A stretch of 64,000 nt of DNA from NCBI GenBank assembly GCA_036172245.1, contig JAYWIR010000003.1, forward strand, positions 6,696,001 through 6,760,000, in the 5' to 3' direction. This document shows, in pieces, positions 25,599 through 38,300 of the stretch. The notes under the pieces were generated by a model. That model was given only the letters and a program-made list of their open reading frames with translations, had not been told where the DNA came from and did not search any database. The DNA comes from Raillietiella orientalis (lineage: Eukaryota). A program made the position numbers and the translations under genes. Each line of letters starts with the position of its first letter. Position 1 is the stretch's first letter.

Positions 25599-26578
25599 TC
25601 AGTGGGTTACAGCACCAGGTCTCCGCCTACCCTGCAACATCGCAAAAAAACGTTAATGATTCACAGTCCGGAGCTTCTCCCGTCCCATTTACCTGCAATC
25701 GATGCAGTTCTGCGCTCATCTGATGGTAGCGGCTTCGTTCTGTCTCCAGCTGGGCATGCAACTCTGTTACCTGCTGCATCAGCTCGGACTTGAGCTGCAT
25801 TTCCTGTTCCAGAAGGGCTGCAAGCTGGTTTTGATCCTGCAGCTCAGCCTGCGCTAACATTTCACATAACATCTGATTGCGTTTTTGTGCAATGTGCAAC
25901 TCTTCCTCCTGGTGGGACATCTGCTCATGCAGCTCACTGATTTCTTTTTTGCTATCTTCAAGTTGCTGTTGCAAATTGTCCAACAAACGCAATGCCTCAT
26001 CATATGAACTGGGATGGGCTATAGATTTGACCTGTGAATTTTTCTTCAACTCCAACTTTTGGGTTGACTCATACTCTAGCAGGGATTGGTGAAGGGCTGT
26101 CTGTAATTCTTTTTCAAAGACGTTGCTAGCTTCTTTTGGCAGACTGGTGTTTCCTTGCACTGCAGTACTTGCCTTTTCATCCGTTTTCTTTCTTTCTTTG
26201 TATTGCGAATCTTCAAAATTGGGCTGAGTTGCTGAGCACTTTGCCTTGCTTCCAACAGGAGGGCGCCGCCCAAAGGCAAGTGCTTGCAGCTACAGAGATT
26301 ATTACAAGTCAAGTTCAGCGGACAATAGGCACAACCTCCTGATCCACTTTCTTTTTATTTTGTTTCTTTGTTGCTCTTTTCACATTACTCACACCTTGTT
26401 GCTGAGAGTTACACTTGTTAGTGGCAACTTTGGTTATTGGGATTTTTTGTTGGAATTGATCTTTAGCAGGAGCTCCAGTTTTACTTTTTATCTTTTTAGC
26501 CTTGGATTTTTTTTCACTCGCACAATCTTCATCTTCAATTTTTAAAACCGAAAATCGAGATGCAACCACTACATCCAT
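25599..26578 (-). CDS. GKAP1: G kinase-anchoring protein 1-like coiled-coil protein (~290 aa); exons 26578-26336, 26289-25693, 25631-25599
   Basis: N-terminal ASRFSVLKIED, LQALAF, FEKELQTAL..SLLEYE, and a coiled coil with KRNQMLCEML and VTELHAQLETERSR match recalled GKAP1 motifs. The last exon reads GRRRPGAVTH*. Confidence 0.82.
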
Positions 26579-26892
26579 TTTTAAACTTAAACCTGTAAAT
26601 TCTATACACATTCACTGATTTCTACATAAGGTACATAGCATTGATACAAACAAATAATGGTCAACAGTAGGAACTAAACTGCATAAATGAAATTGAATCA
26701 GCATTTCATCGTCATAACCAAAAGGCATTGTTTCGAAAGCATACAATCGAACAGTGGTAAAGACAGGGATGAGAGAACCAAAACTCCCAATCCGGAAGGC
26801 ATGCATTTTTCAAAGTAGGATGTGCATGCAATAAAAAAACAAGAAAGTTTCCCGCAGAAGGAACACTCTTATGATGACGGAAACGCATTTAA

Positions 26893-26893
<1 letters not shown>

Positions 26894-26925
<32 letters not shown>
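26894..26925. repeat. (CA)16 microsatellite
   Basis: Directly visible. Confidence 0.9.
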
Positions 26926-26928
<3 letters not shown>

Positions 26929-28650
26929 GCACACAATCCATTTTACATACGTAATTGAAAAGTCCAGATGCCAACACGTAATAGTGTACGAGAAAAAATA
27001 TTATTGATTAATAATGTGTAATTTCGTCTCAATCAAAAAGCACAACGACAAGCAGCACTTTCCTGGAAAGAAACCTGTTTTTGATTAGGAAATTACCGAA
27101 TTCCGTAATCGGAATCGTCTGCTCAGAGCACGCTAATTACCGAGTGATCAACCTTCGTTCAACTTTACGTTTAACACGAAATTCTACACAAACAAATAAT
27201 ACTATGAGCGATCGATTGCACCTGAAGCAAAAACTGCAGGGGGGGGGGGGGGGAAGGAAAAAAATCCATTTCCCCCCCCTCCTCCCCTCCGATCCAAAAG
27301 ATGAAAACCTTTTCCATGATGGGAAACGAAATTAAAATGAAGAAATGTTGAAACACCTAGTCGATCGCGTTTCTCTCCCTCCCTCCCTCTCTCTCTCTCC
27401 CCCCCCTCTCCCTCCCTCCCTCTCTCTCCACCTCCCCCCCCCCCCTTTCTTTTCTTTCCTTTCTTTCCTTCCCCCCTTCTTTCCAGCTTGTCCGTAGAAT
27501 GTGTGGAAAGCCCCGTGGAAAACGCCACCAACGCGAACAGCAGCCACCGCGAATTAATTCCGACGGCGGTGGTGGTGAGAACCGTGCGTGACGATCATCT
27601 GGCGGAAGTGCCGACATTTTCGGTACAGATCCTGCGTGCTCGCGGGACGCTGAGGATGCACGGCGCCTTCCGGCGCGGGTACGCCGCGATCCCTTCCCAA
27701 AAAGCTCCTTTCTTCCCACGTGGGGAGAGGAGGCTGCGGCGGGCCGGAGCCACGATTCGATTCCTCGTCTTTCGTGCTTTCTTTCGTTCCCCTGCGAAAA
27801 ATTAACGTAAGACAGCCACGAGGCAGCCATCGCGGGTTGGCGGTTTCCCTCTTCGCGCGCGTTTCGTTTTTCGTGTCTCTCTCCCTCTGGGTCCCCGAGT
27901 TGGCGTACGGTACAGGCCCGGGCAGTTTGTACAGGCGCCGCATCTCCGCGGAGGTGCCCGGGCGCGGTGCCCTTCAAGCCATTCGAACGCCCTGGGCTTG
28001 AGGGCGGGCGGGGGCGCGGATTTCTTCCAAGGGTCCTCCGAAACCCGCATCCAGGACCGTGCTCCTGTACACCTCCGTGTACGTCTCTCTCCTGTACTGA
28101 TTCCCAAGTACCCGAAACTGCGGAAGCAGGCCGAGGCGCGGAACGAGCGGCGACCCGAAGCTCGCGCGCTGGGACGTTTCTGAGGCAACCGGACCGGAGG
28201 AGCAGGGAGCCCGCTGCGGAACCTTCTCCGTCCGTGGGGACCGCCGGGAACGTGGACCACGCGGAATGCCACGAGTGACGTCGCCATGGCTGCTGCCGAA
28301 CGATCGAAAAGGCAAAAAGGCGGTTGCCTGCTCGGGTTGCGGCTCGGCGCCACGAACCACACGGCTCGAGCCGACCACGGCAGAGCCCGGCTGGCGATCG
28401 CCCGGGCAACGCGAGAGGACGAGCTCGGGGAAGCGATCCTCTCCCGAGCCCGGGGGCGGCCGGGACGTGACCAGCAGAGGAAAGGTTTGAGAACCCTGCA
28501 TCCGCAGGGTTCTCAAACTCATCGCCCCTTAACAAAAGGCCTTCGCGAAGTTCGTTTCGGAAGCACTTCCACGTGCACGCACACACTTCCGGCGGCGAAA
28601 GCCATGCATGCCGAGCCGCTTGTCCGTTCCTTTCGGAAATCGCTTTGCCG

Positions 28651-28652
<2 letters not shown>

Positions 28653-28692
<40 letters not shown>
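28653..28692. repeat. (CT)20 microsatellite
   Basis: Directly visible. Confidence 0.9.
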
Positions 28693-28694
<2 letters not shown>

Positions 28695-31600
28695 ATGTTT
28701 ACTCGAGCGAGGAAGGCAGGACAGCGCGGCAGAAGGCGGTGGTGGTGAACCTTCTGGAAAGGCGCTGAGAGGGAAAAGGGGACTTCGGTGCCCTTCGGGA
28801 AAGCACTCCTCGGCAGTGCACCACGGATGCGGCGGCGGCGGCGGCGTGCTGGGAAAAGGCGGCCGCGGTGCGCGCTGATGCTGTGCACCGTGGAGATAAA
28901 ATGTTATCGCAAAATAAACAGAGCCCGAAAAAACTGAATGAGGCGAACGCTGGGATGGGAACAGATAGAGGTACATCAGGTTGATGTTGCGAGATGGTTG
29001 CTCGCTGGAATCGCCCGAACCCCAAGCCCTCGGGAAGTTTATCACAAGATGGTCGACAGGAGAGAGGAGGAGAACGCTGCGCCCCCCGCGCGGTTGTCGA
29101 TAGCGTTTCACTCCCGGATCGCAGGGTGATACAGGAGGAGATGGTCCAGCTACCGTTTGAGCATGAGCATCATCCCGGCTTTCGTTCTTGTTTATGGATG
29201 CAGCTCTCCAGCTTCTTCTCTCCAGCTTCTTCCAGCCGACGACAAGGGGGGGAAACCCGGATGTCGGAAGGGGATCTGGAGAGCCGGGGGTGAAAAAGCG
29301 GACAGCGCACTCTGCCGCCCCCGAAGGCCCCGTGGCGCCAAGGACCGCCGCGTTCGCCGAAGACGCGCCGGCCGCACCCTGCCGGTTCGCAACGAGACCC
29401 CGGACGGTGGATGCACGGAAGCTGACCTCGAGGACCGCGGGCCACGAGTCCGACCGCCCTCTCTGCTCGGTCCCCACTGAAGGATCGCAGCAGAAGCGGC
29501 GCCGCCCTCCAGTCGACCACGCTGCACCCGGGCGGGTTGGGGGGCTCCCCCCCTCCCGTCCCGCAGGCGTCCGCGCGGTTCGAAGGGGGCGGTTCGTTCC
29601 GGGCACGCACTGCCGCTGGCGTGGATTCGTCCGTCAGCGCTCGGCTTGGAGGACGCGCATCAGCTGAGAAGGAGAGGAGGGGGGAGGGGAGGTCGGAGCG
29701 AGCGGCGGCGGCGGCGGCGGCGGCGGATGGAGAGGTGAGCCGGGAGCTGGCCGGAAGAGTTCCCGCCGAGGAGGGGCGGGCGGAGATGGCCGCCGCGCGC
29801 TCGCGCCGTCTACCAGCAAGACCCGCAAGCAGCTGCGGACCCCTGGTGGAGACCGGCTGGCGCGTCCCCCGAGGCCTGGGCCGGAGGGGGATGACGCTCC
29901 CGCAGACCTTTCCTCCGAGGCCGCTCCCTGCTCCCCTGAGTCTGTGGGTGGCATCCCTCTGGGAACGCGGAGCCTCCACCTCACCCCGGATGCGGGGATT
30001 CCCCTGAGGGGCCACTGACCTCCCGTTCACCGTCCCCCGGGAGGCGTCGGAAGCGAACGAGGGCGCCGCTACGGGCAGGCAAGGAGGGGCGGGGGGGGGG
30101 GGGGAGCGTCAACGCTCGGCAAGCTCGTCTCCCCCGGACTGAGAAACGAGGGGGCGCACCCCCCACTGCCATCCTTCCCGGAAGGGGGGCGCTGGCTGCG
30201 GCGCAGGATACTCGCCTGACCAGTTGCGGTGCGCGCCGCCGGGAGGGAGGCGGATGGGGGGCGTCCGAAGGGAGAGAAGGAGTTCGCCTCTCCACCCGAC
30301 AGAGGGGCGACCTTCCCGGCCCCGCGAGATGACGTCGCTCCCCCCCCCTCGCGCGGTGAGCTCCGGTCCTCCCGTCGGGGCCTCCGACGCGCGGCGGCGG
30401 CGGCGGCGGCGGCGGAGGAAGAGGAGGAGGAGGAGCAGGAGGGGGGGGGGGACATCCGGGGTGGTGCACGCTGCCGCTTCCCGGGACCTCCGCGCGACGC
30501 GGCCTTCGCACGCTCCCACCGGAAGTCGCGCGCGACTTCCCGAGTCTGCACCTGCCGGTGCCGGGAAAGGGAAGAAAGAGGGGGCGGGGAGGGGGGAGGA
30601 GTTCTTCCCGGGAAGACGGCGCGAGCGGGAGCGGCGGCGGGGAAGGAGGGAAAAGGGAAGCCGCCGCCGGGCACGCTGCCAGCCTCGCGCGGGCGGGCGG
30701 AAGGCCGACGACCGCGACAGCGCGAGCGTCCGCGGGCGGCCGGGCCGCTCCGGCGGCGGGCGAATCTCGCGGGCGGGATCGCGCCTGCGAGAGTCGTCCC
30801 GCGTCACCGCCCGCTGACACGCTCGGGGCGTCCCACGGGCTGGAACGCCCGCCCCTTTCGCTGATGTCAATCCGGGAGCAGCGCACCTGCGGGGGCTGGC
30901 TGGAATTCGTCTTCCCGGTTTCCCTTCGCGCGTACGTCACCGGGAGCCCCCAGCGCTCGCCTGGAGGGGCCGCCGGTTTGCGAGGCGGGGGAGGGGGGCG
31001 CACGCGCGTCTCCCGTCTCCTCCCCGGGAAGGAGCTGTCCGCCCTCCCGTTCTGCAGAGTTCATCTCGCCCGATCGTCCGAGAGAGAGCGGCAGAAAGAG
31101 ACACGGCGCGAGGAGGGCGGGCAGAGGAGAGATCGAAGATGGTCCTCCCGCTGAAAAGAAGGCCGGAAGGGGGAGGCGGATGGTGCGGGACCCACTTCTG
31201 CTCCCTGCCTGCTTTCTCCTCCTTCCCTTCCTTCCCCCGCCGTCGCGACGCAGGTCTCGCCCGGGTGGTGGTGCGCGTGCGCACCGCGACTTCGGCAGGT
31301 GACGCGCCTCCGAGATTCCGCCTCTGGTTTCCACGACGACGGCGCATGCCTGGGCACCGGCTGCGGCTGCCGTCTCTCTCGCGGGCGTCTCCCGCTCTCC
31401 TTCCCGTCAGCTGCGGCGCGGGGCACGTGGTCGCGCAACATCTGGGGAGGCAGCGGGATCTTTAAGGAGGCACGCGAGGCGGGCTCCTGGGGGAAACGCG
31501 GCCGAGGAGGGAATGAGCGAAGGGGGAACACCTGGACGCGCGCGCGAGGCGGCCCCCGGAAGGAGGCCCGCGCGACTCGCGCGCTGACGGCTTCTGCCGG

Positions 31601-34039
31601 AACTCCGGCGCAGGCGCAACTCCTCGAAGCTTCGCGGATTCCCCGCTTGCATCGCTGCACAGCAGCACCGACCTTTCCGCCCCCTTCCCGGTAACGAACG
31701 ACGACTGCGCGAGGGAGATGCCGATGCTTCGTTGCCCTGGACGCTTCGGGATGCTTCCCGGTGCGTGGGGACGGTCGCAGCGCCGGGGTCCCGTTTCGGG
31801 GAGGCCTGCCCGCACGCGCACGTCCGAGGAAGGGGGGGGGGGGAGGGGGAGCGACGGAGCCGTCCTCCTCTGACCGGCTGCCAGTGGGAGGAACCGGAAC
31901 GTCCCGGAGCCGACTCCCAGCCGAAAGGCAGCCCTTCCAGGAGCCGCTGGGTTTCCCCGGGGTTCGAGACGTTGCGCGGCCGAGGCTCCCGGCTTCCGCC
32001 ACCAGAGGGCTGGCTGCCTTCTCGGGGGAAACCGGGCGGAAAGCCTGCGCAGGGTCCGCGGCAGGGGAGGACGGGTAGGCCCACATGCCACACAGCACCT
32101 CCGCACGTGGTCCCCATCCTTCGCACGCCACCAGCAGCGCGAGCCTCGCGGTCGCCAGACGCCGCCGCTAGAGGGCGCGTCTCCATCCCGGCCGCAAGCG
32201 CGGAGCAGAGACCAGGAGGGGGAAGCCTTGTCTCCTCCTCTGCGACTGCCCCGGGAGGGCTTCTCGAGTGGAGGCCCCTGCCGGAGAGGACCCTTGCGCG
32301 CCGTGCCCCGCGAAGAATGCGGAGTGAGATCTGGTTTCTTCCAGCAGTATGGGGGAGAAGGAGGTAGGGGAGCAGACACCCAGCAGCTGCGCCGCGGCCG
32401 AAGCAGAATCAGACGTTACCGTGACTGAGGACGCCACCTCGAGGAGACAGTGGCGGCCTCCACGTTTAAGATGACGGGGGCACCACAGTGAACGCAGTGG
32501 TCACGGGCGCCAGGAGTAGCTGATCCACCACCGAGGCACAGGGGCAGCGGCAGACCTCCCATGTCCGACCGGCCGAGGGGACGCAGAGGCCTTAGCGGAC
32601 GCCATGGTAGGGACAGCTGCAGTTGGAACCTCAATGAAGGCAGACCGTCCGACTCGGCGGCAGCGGCGAAGGCGAGTCAACGCGGCGACTCGTGCCGTAA
32701 GGTTGGGGTGACACAGCGATCCTCCAGAGGGAAAAACGTGCCACGCCGACGACAGCAGAGAATGGAGTCACGACGGAGGTGGTGCCACTTGGGACTCGCT
32801 CATGAGTGCTCTGCGTCACGGTTCTCCCCTTCTTCCCCCCCTACCCCCGGCGGTCCGCTTCACCCACGCGGCGGGGGGGAGAGACAGAACCAGCGGTCAT
32901 CCCCACCCACTTCGGCGGGTCGGTCTCTCACCCTGATCCCGGTGCGTCGCTGCCCGAGACCGAGACCTCCTTGGCGACGGGGGGGAAGAGGCACAGAGAG
33001 GGCACAGAGGGCTCTCTCCCCTCTTCTGGCGTTGTTCCACGAGCGCCGGCCGCCGAAGGAGCCAGATATCGGCCGAGGGATGCGCGGAGGCAGGCGTCTG
33101 CGTCGCCACCCGCTCGACCCCAGGAAGAGCGCGCGCGCGCCGTTCCGGAATGCAGCAAGGCGAGGTTGAGGCGGGGAGGAGGGCGGGCATCTGCGGGGAA
33201 GAGGGGAGGGGCCGCTGGCTTCCTGCTCCTCCGACTCTTCTTCCCCCTTTCGAAAGTGAACCTCAGCAAAGGAGCCGGGGGAGGGGCTGAGTCTCCTAGA
33301 CCTGAGTTCCGTCGGTGGTGCCGCACCATGCTGCACTGCACCCACCAGCTTCGTTCCGCGCCGGGAAAGACCCTCGACAAGGAAGGAGCGACACCTGGCT
33401 TTGAGCGAAGTCAAACACATGGAGCGCAGTCCCCACGCGAGGCTCCCTCCCGGTGGATGTCCCTACCCCCTCCCCGCCGTCGTTTTCGAACTCACGTAAC
33501 CCAGGAAGCGCCATCGCTCCCTTCTCTTTTCGGGTTCCTGGAATTTCCTCCCGGAAAGCGGCCAAGCAAAACGGTTCCAGGAGGGAGCTGCCACTGACAG
33601 CTGCCATTCCCCGGGGAACACGTACGGCGGAAACCCAGTTCCGGCTTCACGGGGGAAAGCGTCCCTCCGCCTCCCCTCCTCACGAGAACGCCTGGCTCGG
33701 CGGAGAGCAGCCACACCGCTGGCTGGCTGGCAATGCGACTCCTTCCCGTTCAACAACCCGCCGCCCCCGTGCGCTTCCCTGGACCATTACGAACCTAAGA
33801 AGACGCTGAAATGCGAACGGAAGCGACCGCAATGAAGCGAGCAACGGGGTGGATGCGCCCCGTCTCGACAGCTGGCGCTCCGCCCGTTCTTGCCGATGCT
33901 ACTCCGCCACTAAGAGCGACGCCAGCAAGACTCGACCGTGAACTCCCTGCAAGGACTACTCACCCGCCCGCACACGCACGCGCAAACACAAACACTGGGT
34001 GCACTCGGTCAGGATGGAGGTGTTTTATTATAAAACGAA

Positions 34040-35354
34040 TCAATTCACAGACTTCAGCTCGATCTCGAAAACAAGTGTGCTGTTCGGGGGAATGTCGGAT
34101 TCCTCCTCAGCACCGTATGCCATTTTCGGAGGAATCGTAAGTCTCCTTTTACCTCCCACTTTCATACCCTCCAGGCCGATGTCGAGTCCTTTGATGACGT
34201 CACCTTTACCCAGTTTGAATTTCAAAGGCTTTCCTCCGAGCAAGCTGTCGAACTCTTTGCCGCCACTCTTTAAACGACCAACATAGAAAATGCCCACTGT
34301 TTTTCCGGAGGAAGCTTCCGGTCCAGAACCGACAGCGAGATCCTCCGACAAAATGCCTCCCTTCTTCATGACCTTATTGAGGGCTTTCGCACTGTCACTG
34401 GGAAGATTCTTGTGACTGCTTGGGGTAGAGACATCCTTCTTGATCTCGTTTTTCTTTGCGGACACATCCCCGTTGGGGAAGATGTTCTTTTTGGCCGATC
34501 TCTGACCAGATTGGGCTTCTTTGCTGCTTTTCGCGACCGCATCATCGAAACTTTTAGAAAATTTGGCCTGAGGGTGTTTGTCTTGAGTTGGCTTTTTGAG
34601 AGCGGACTTGTTCTTGAGGGCAGAATTCTGTGACTTGTCCTGCGCTGCTTTCTTACTCTTCCCAACTAGCAATGTGCTCATCTCCTCTGCAAATGATCTG
34701 TTTTCTACGTTAAGCAGCCACCAATGCTCACCTTCCGTATCCATCTCATCGTCCGAATCATTGAGCTCATCGTCCTCATCAGTGTCTTCGTAGGGCAGCA
34801 TGTCCAAATCTGCAAGCATGCCATGCCAAGTAATCCTTACCAAGTGTAATATGCGTACCACTGCAACCCTCGTCCTCGTCCTCGTCATCCTCGTCTTCGT
34901 CATCGGAATCATCCTCATCTTCTACTTCGATGGGAATTTTCCTTGGTGCTTTCTCAGCCTTTACGTCTGAATCCTGGCTGGGCACGTGAGGCCGCTTTCG
35001 CTTGCGATCGGCCAGCAGTGCTTCTTCCTCTTCCTCCGAAAGGAGGGAATCATCGTCCAACAAATATCCGCTCAAGTACACTGGACCATGCCCTTGTACA
35101 GAAAATGACAGCTTTTTGTCCCTGGGAGTGAAGTTCAAGTCCACAGGTTGTTGTGAGTGTGTGTGTGACAGATTGCACAGCACGAATTCCTCCTTATCCA
35201 CTTTCAGGAGAAGCACTGTTGAACCTTGAGCTGAAGATGAAGCTTTACGGCCATCCAGGGCTGCCATTGATATGTGAAATGCTCTTTTCACTACGTGAAC
35301 ATAATCTTTGCCTGGTTCGAGGGCCAGCCCCCAAAAACATCCTTCTTCTTCCAT
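34040..35354 (-). CDS. FKBP39: Nucleoplasmin-like-domain FKBP peptidyl-prolyl isomerase (FKBP39/Fpr3-4 type histone chaperone); exons 35354-34859, 34809-34040
   Basis: N-terminal NPL domain (FWGLALEPGK, FHISMAAL, LCNL, GPVYLSGY), acidic and basic tracts, and a C-terminal FKBP domain (YVGRL, EFDS, VIKGLDIGLEGMKVGGKRRLTIPPKMAYG, IPPNSTLVFEIEL). One 49-nt GT-AG intron. AATAAA at 34029-34024. Confidence 0.92.
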
Positions 35355-35390
35355 CTACATAGAAAAACAGTACAAACAGGCGAATTTGAA

Positions 35391-38300
35391 TCAAGGCAAG
35401 CTTATTTTATCCCTTCCACCCGTTTCATTCCCCAATCTGCACAAGAGCTCCCCTGCCCGACGAGCAAGCTCCGAAAAGGACGGCCTCTTCCCCGGTTGTA
35501 AATCCCAACAAGGAAGCATCAGTAAAGTGTAAACTTGGTCAGGACAGGCAGGAGGGCAAGACCACCTTGTTCCTTGTTTCAGCTGCTGCAGATGTGCAGC
35601 CAACTGATCCCCCTGTCCCAGAAGGATGGGTTTTTCACCCCAAGAAAAAATTTCATACAGCACTACACCGTATGACCACACATCTGATTCCACGGAGAAC
35701 TTGCGGTTCTCAATTGCTTCTGGTGCATACCTAGCCTCAATTAAGTACACAGTAGCTTCACAGTGCACCTTACCATCTTACAGGAAGATCACGATCAGTA
35801 TGCATGCGATAATAGTCACTATCCCCTAAAGAGCGAGACAAACCAAAATCCGATATTTTCACAAGATAGGGGTTAGCAACTAGAACATTGCGGGCTGCTA
35901 AGTCACGATGAACAACTCTCTGACATGCAAGATAATCCATGCCACACGCCACATCAAGTGCGTACTTCATCTGATTATGCAAGCTCAATGTGAACTGTTG
36001 ACTAATCAGATGCATTAACAAAGAACCAAGTGGCATAAACTCCATTATCAAAATGAGCTCTCCACCCACTTGTGCTATACCCATCATGCTGACCACATTT
36101 AGATGGGAAAAGTGTTTCATCAAATTAATTTCATGCAATAATTCTTCGTTATGGGCCTTCAGCTTTTTGGCAGCAACTATCTGGTCATCATGACCAATTA
36201 GCAATGCACGTCTCACTTCTCCATAGTGACCTTGGCCTAATGGTTCCAACAGCTGCACTTGCAGATAATGGACATCCTCTACCAATGACTGATGCGTACT
36301 GTATGCTTGATTTTCTTCAATTTGTTCATATATGTTATTCATTGCGACACCTGAAACTCTGAATACCATTCTGTACCTCTGCAACTTTACCTTGCAATAA
36401 TAAATGGGTTAGACAGCGCAGAACTTCAGATGCTGAGCAACGTTTTTTGATATCCTTTTCCCAACAAGATGTCATAATATTTATGACTCTGTTGGAACAG
36501 TTCTGAGGAAAAGGAAGTGATTCGCCTTGCTTCCAATGCAAACAAGGGTTTCGTCCTTCAGAAAAGATTTCCCATAATGTGGTGCCAAAAGCAAAGATAT
36601 CAGCTGGAGGCTTCTTAACTACACCATTCATGCATTCTGGTGCTAACCAAGGAGCACTGGTTTAAAAAACCCTGTTAACCACACGATACACTCTACTCTA
36701 TTCTTACTCTACAGACTCTGCTATGGGTAACCCAGGGTCTCCTAGAAGCACTACCAAGTTTTCCAGAACAGAAGTTCCTTCTGAGTATTTAACAAAGAAA
36801 TTCCGTGCACGGATTTTACCATGGATCCATTCCATTTGTTCCTACAAATCAATACTAAAGACTGATGTGCTCAACACTACTTACCAAATAGTGTAAACTA
36901 CGTGCAGCAAAGCAAGCAATTCGTAATAAATGGGCAAACTGAAGATGCCCTTGTCGGCAAACTAAAAATCGATCCAGAGAACCTAATGGCATTTGTGTGA
37001 TTACAATGCCAAGGATGTTTTTGCTTAAAACAATGCCTTGTATAGGAACAAATAGGCCTGCTGTCCAATGACTAATCCGATCGCACAAGGCCAAAAAATC
37101 CTAATGTCAGTCAGCATGCCTAACGTAAAGGTAATTACTGACTTCTAAAAATTGCTTTCGAAATGCAGGATTTAAAGTGCGCACTAAGCATTTGCGGCCT
37201 TTGACTTCCCACACACTAGTGAACTTTCCAAAGTGAAGGCAAGCACCTAGAGATATCTCAGAAGATGGAAAGAGCTGAACTACTCCTGGAATTTCATTGC
37301 AGTCCTTTCTGATGGAGACAAATAAAGGTGAGGGATCTGTAAAGGAAACTAACAAGTTATTGACTTTGCCACAACAATTACCAAATTCTGATGGTGGCAC
37401 TAGCTGTGATAAAAACCAACAGGACTGTCTGTCCAGCAATTCTCTTAGGTGATCAAACTTTTCTTCATTATCATCTAAAGACCATTTTCCTCCAACTTGC
37501 TTAATCTTGAAAGAAGCTGGTGCCTTCCTTAAATCAACCTTGAAAATCCACATCATTAGTCTAACTTACCCATTCACCAGGCAAACATCCAAGAAATAGC
37601 AATCACATTCTTCACTGCTCTCACGCAGAAGATAACTACCTTTAGCATAGTTAGTATGCTGCTTGAGTTTATGGGATGCAAATGCATAGCTAACAGGAAC
37701 ATGCCATGGTGGTCAAAAACTGGACTTACCCAAATGGACCATGACAACGTAGTGATATCAGAGAGGCTACCGAAGAACATGGCAATTCTAAGCACAAACA
37801 TGAATGCCATGATTTCAACAGATGATGGTAAACGTCAAGGCAGCAAACAAAATCATAGGCCTCCTCAGTAGAACTGAACGTAAAATTCATGGGTTGTCCC
37901 TTCTGATACCACAAGCAAACTCTGGCTTCAGTAAGCAATGCATAAGACAAGTCTTCAATGGTGCATATCAGTTCAGCCTACATAAAACTGCATCATTTTC
38001 TGAACTTTCCATATCCATCAAAATGTTGAAGAACATGTTTTTACAATAAATATGAGAAAAAGGTTTTCACATAGAATGCTGCTTAGCATACAATGACATT
38101 TAGATATAATTTTTATGATTACACATCATAATTTAGGTATTATACTTTGCCTTATACCTAACCATAAGAAATTATATCTAAATTGTTCCAGAGTAATTAG
38201 AAAAAAGGTTGTTTTATCGATGCTTAGCAAAAAGAAAATTCAAATATGATGACAAAAAAACGGCTATATTTAAATTTCATTGTATGCTAAGCGTTGATAA

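Noticed and set aside
27357..29606. 749-aa minus-strand ORF
   Set aside because: It runs through microsatellites and GC-rich sequence with no domain features, so it is probably a stop-poor artefact.
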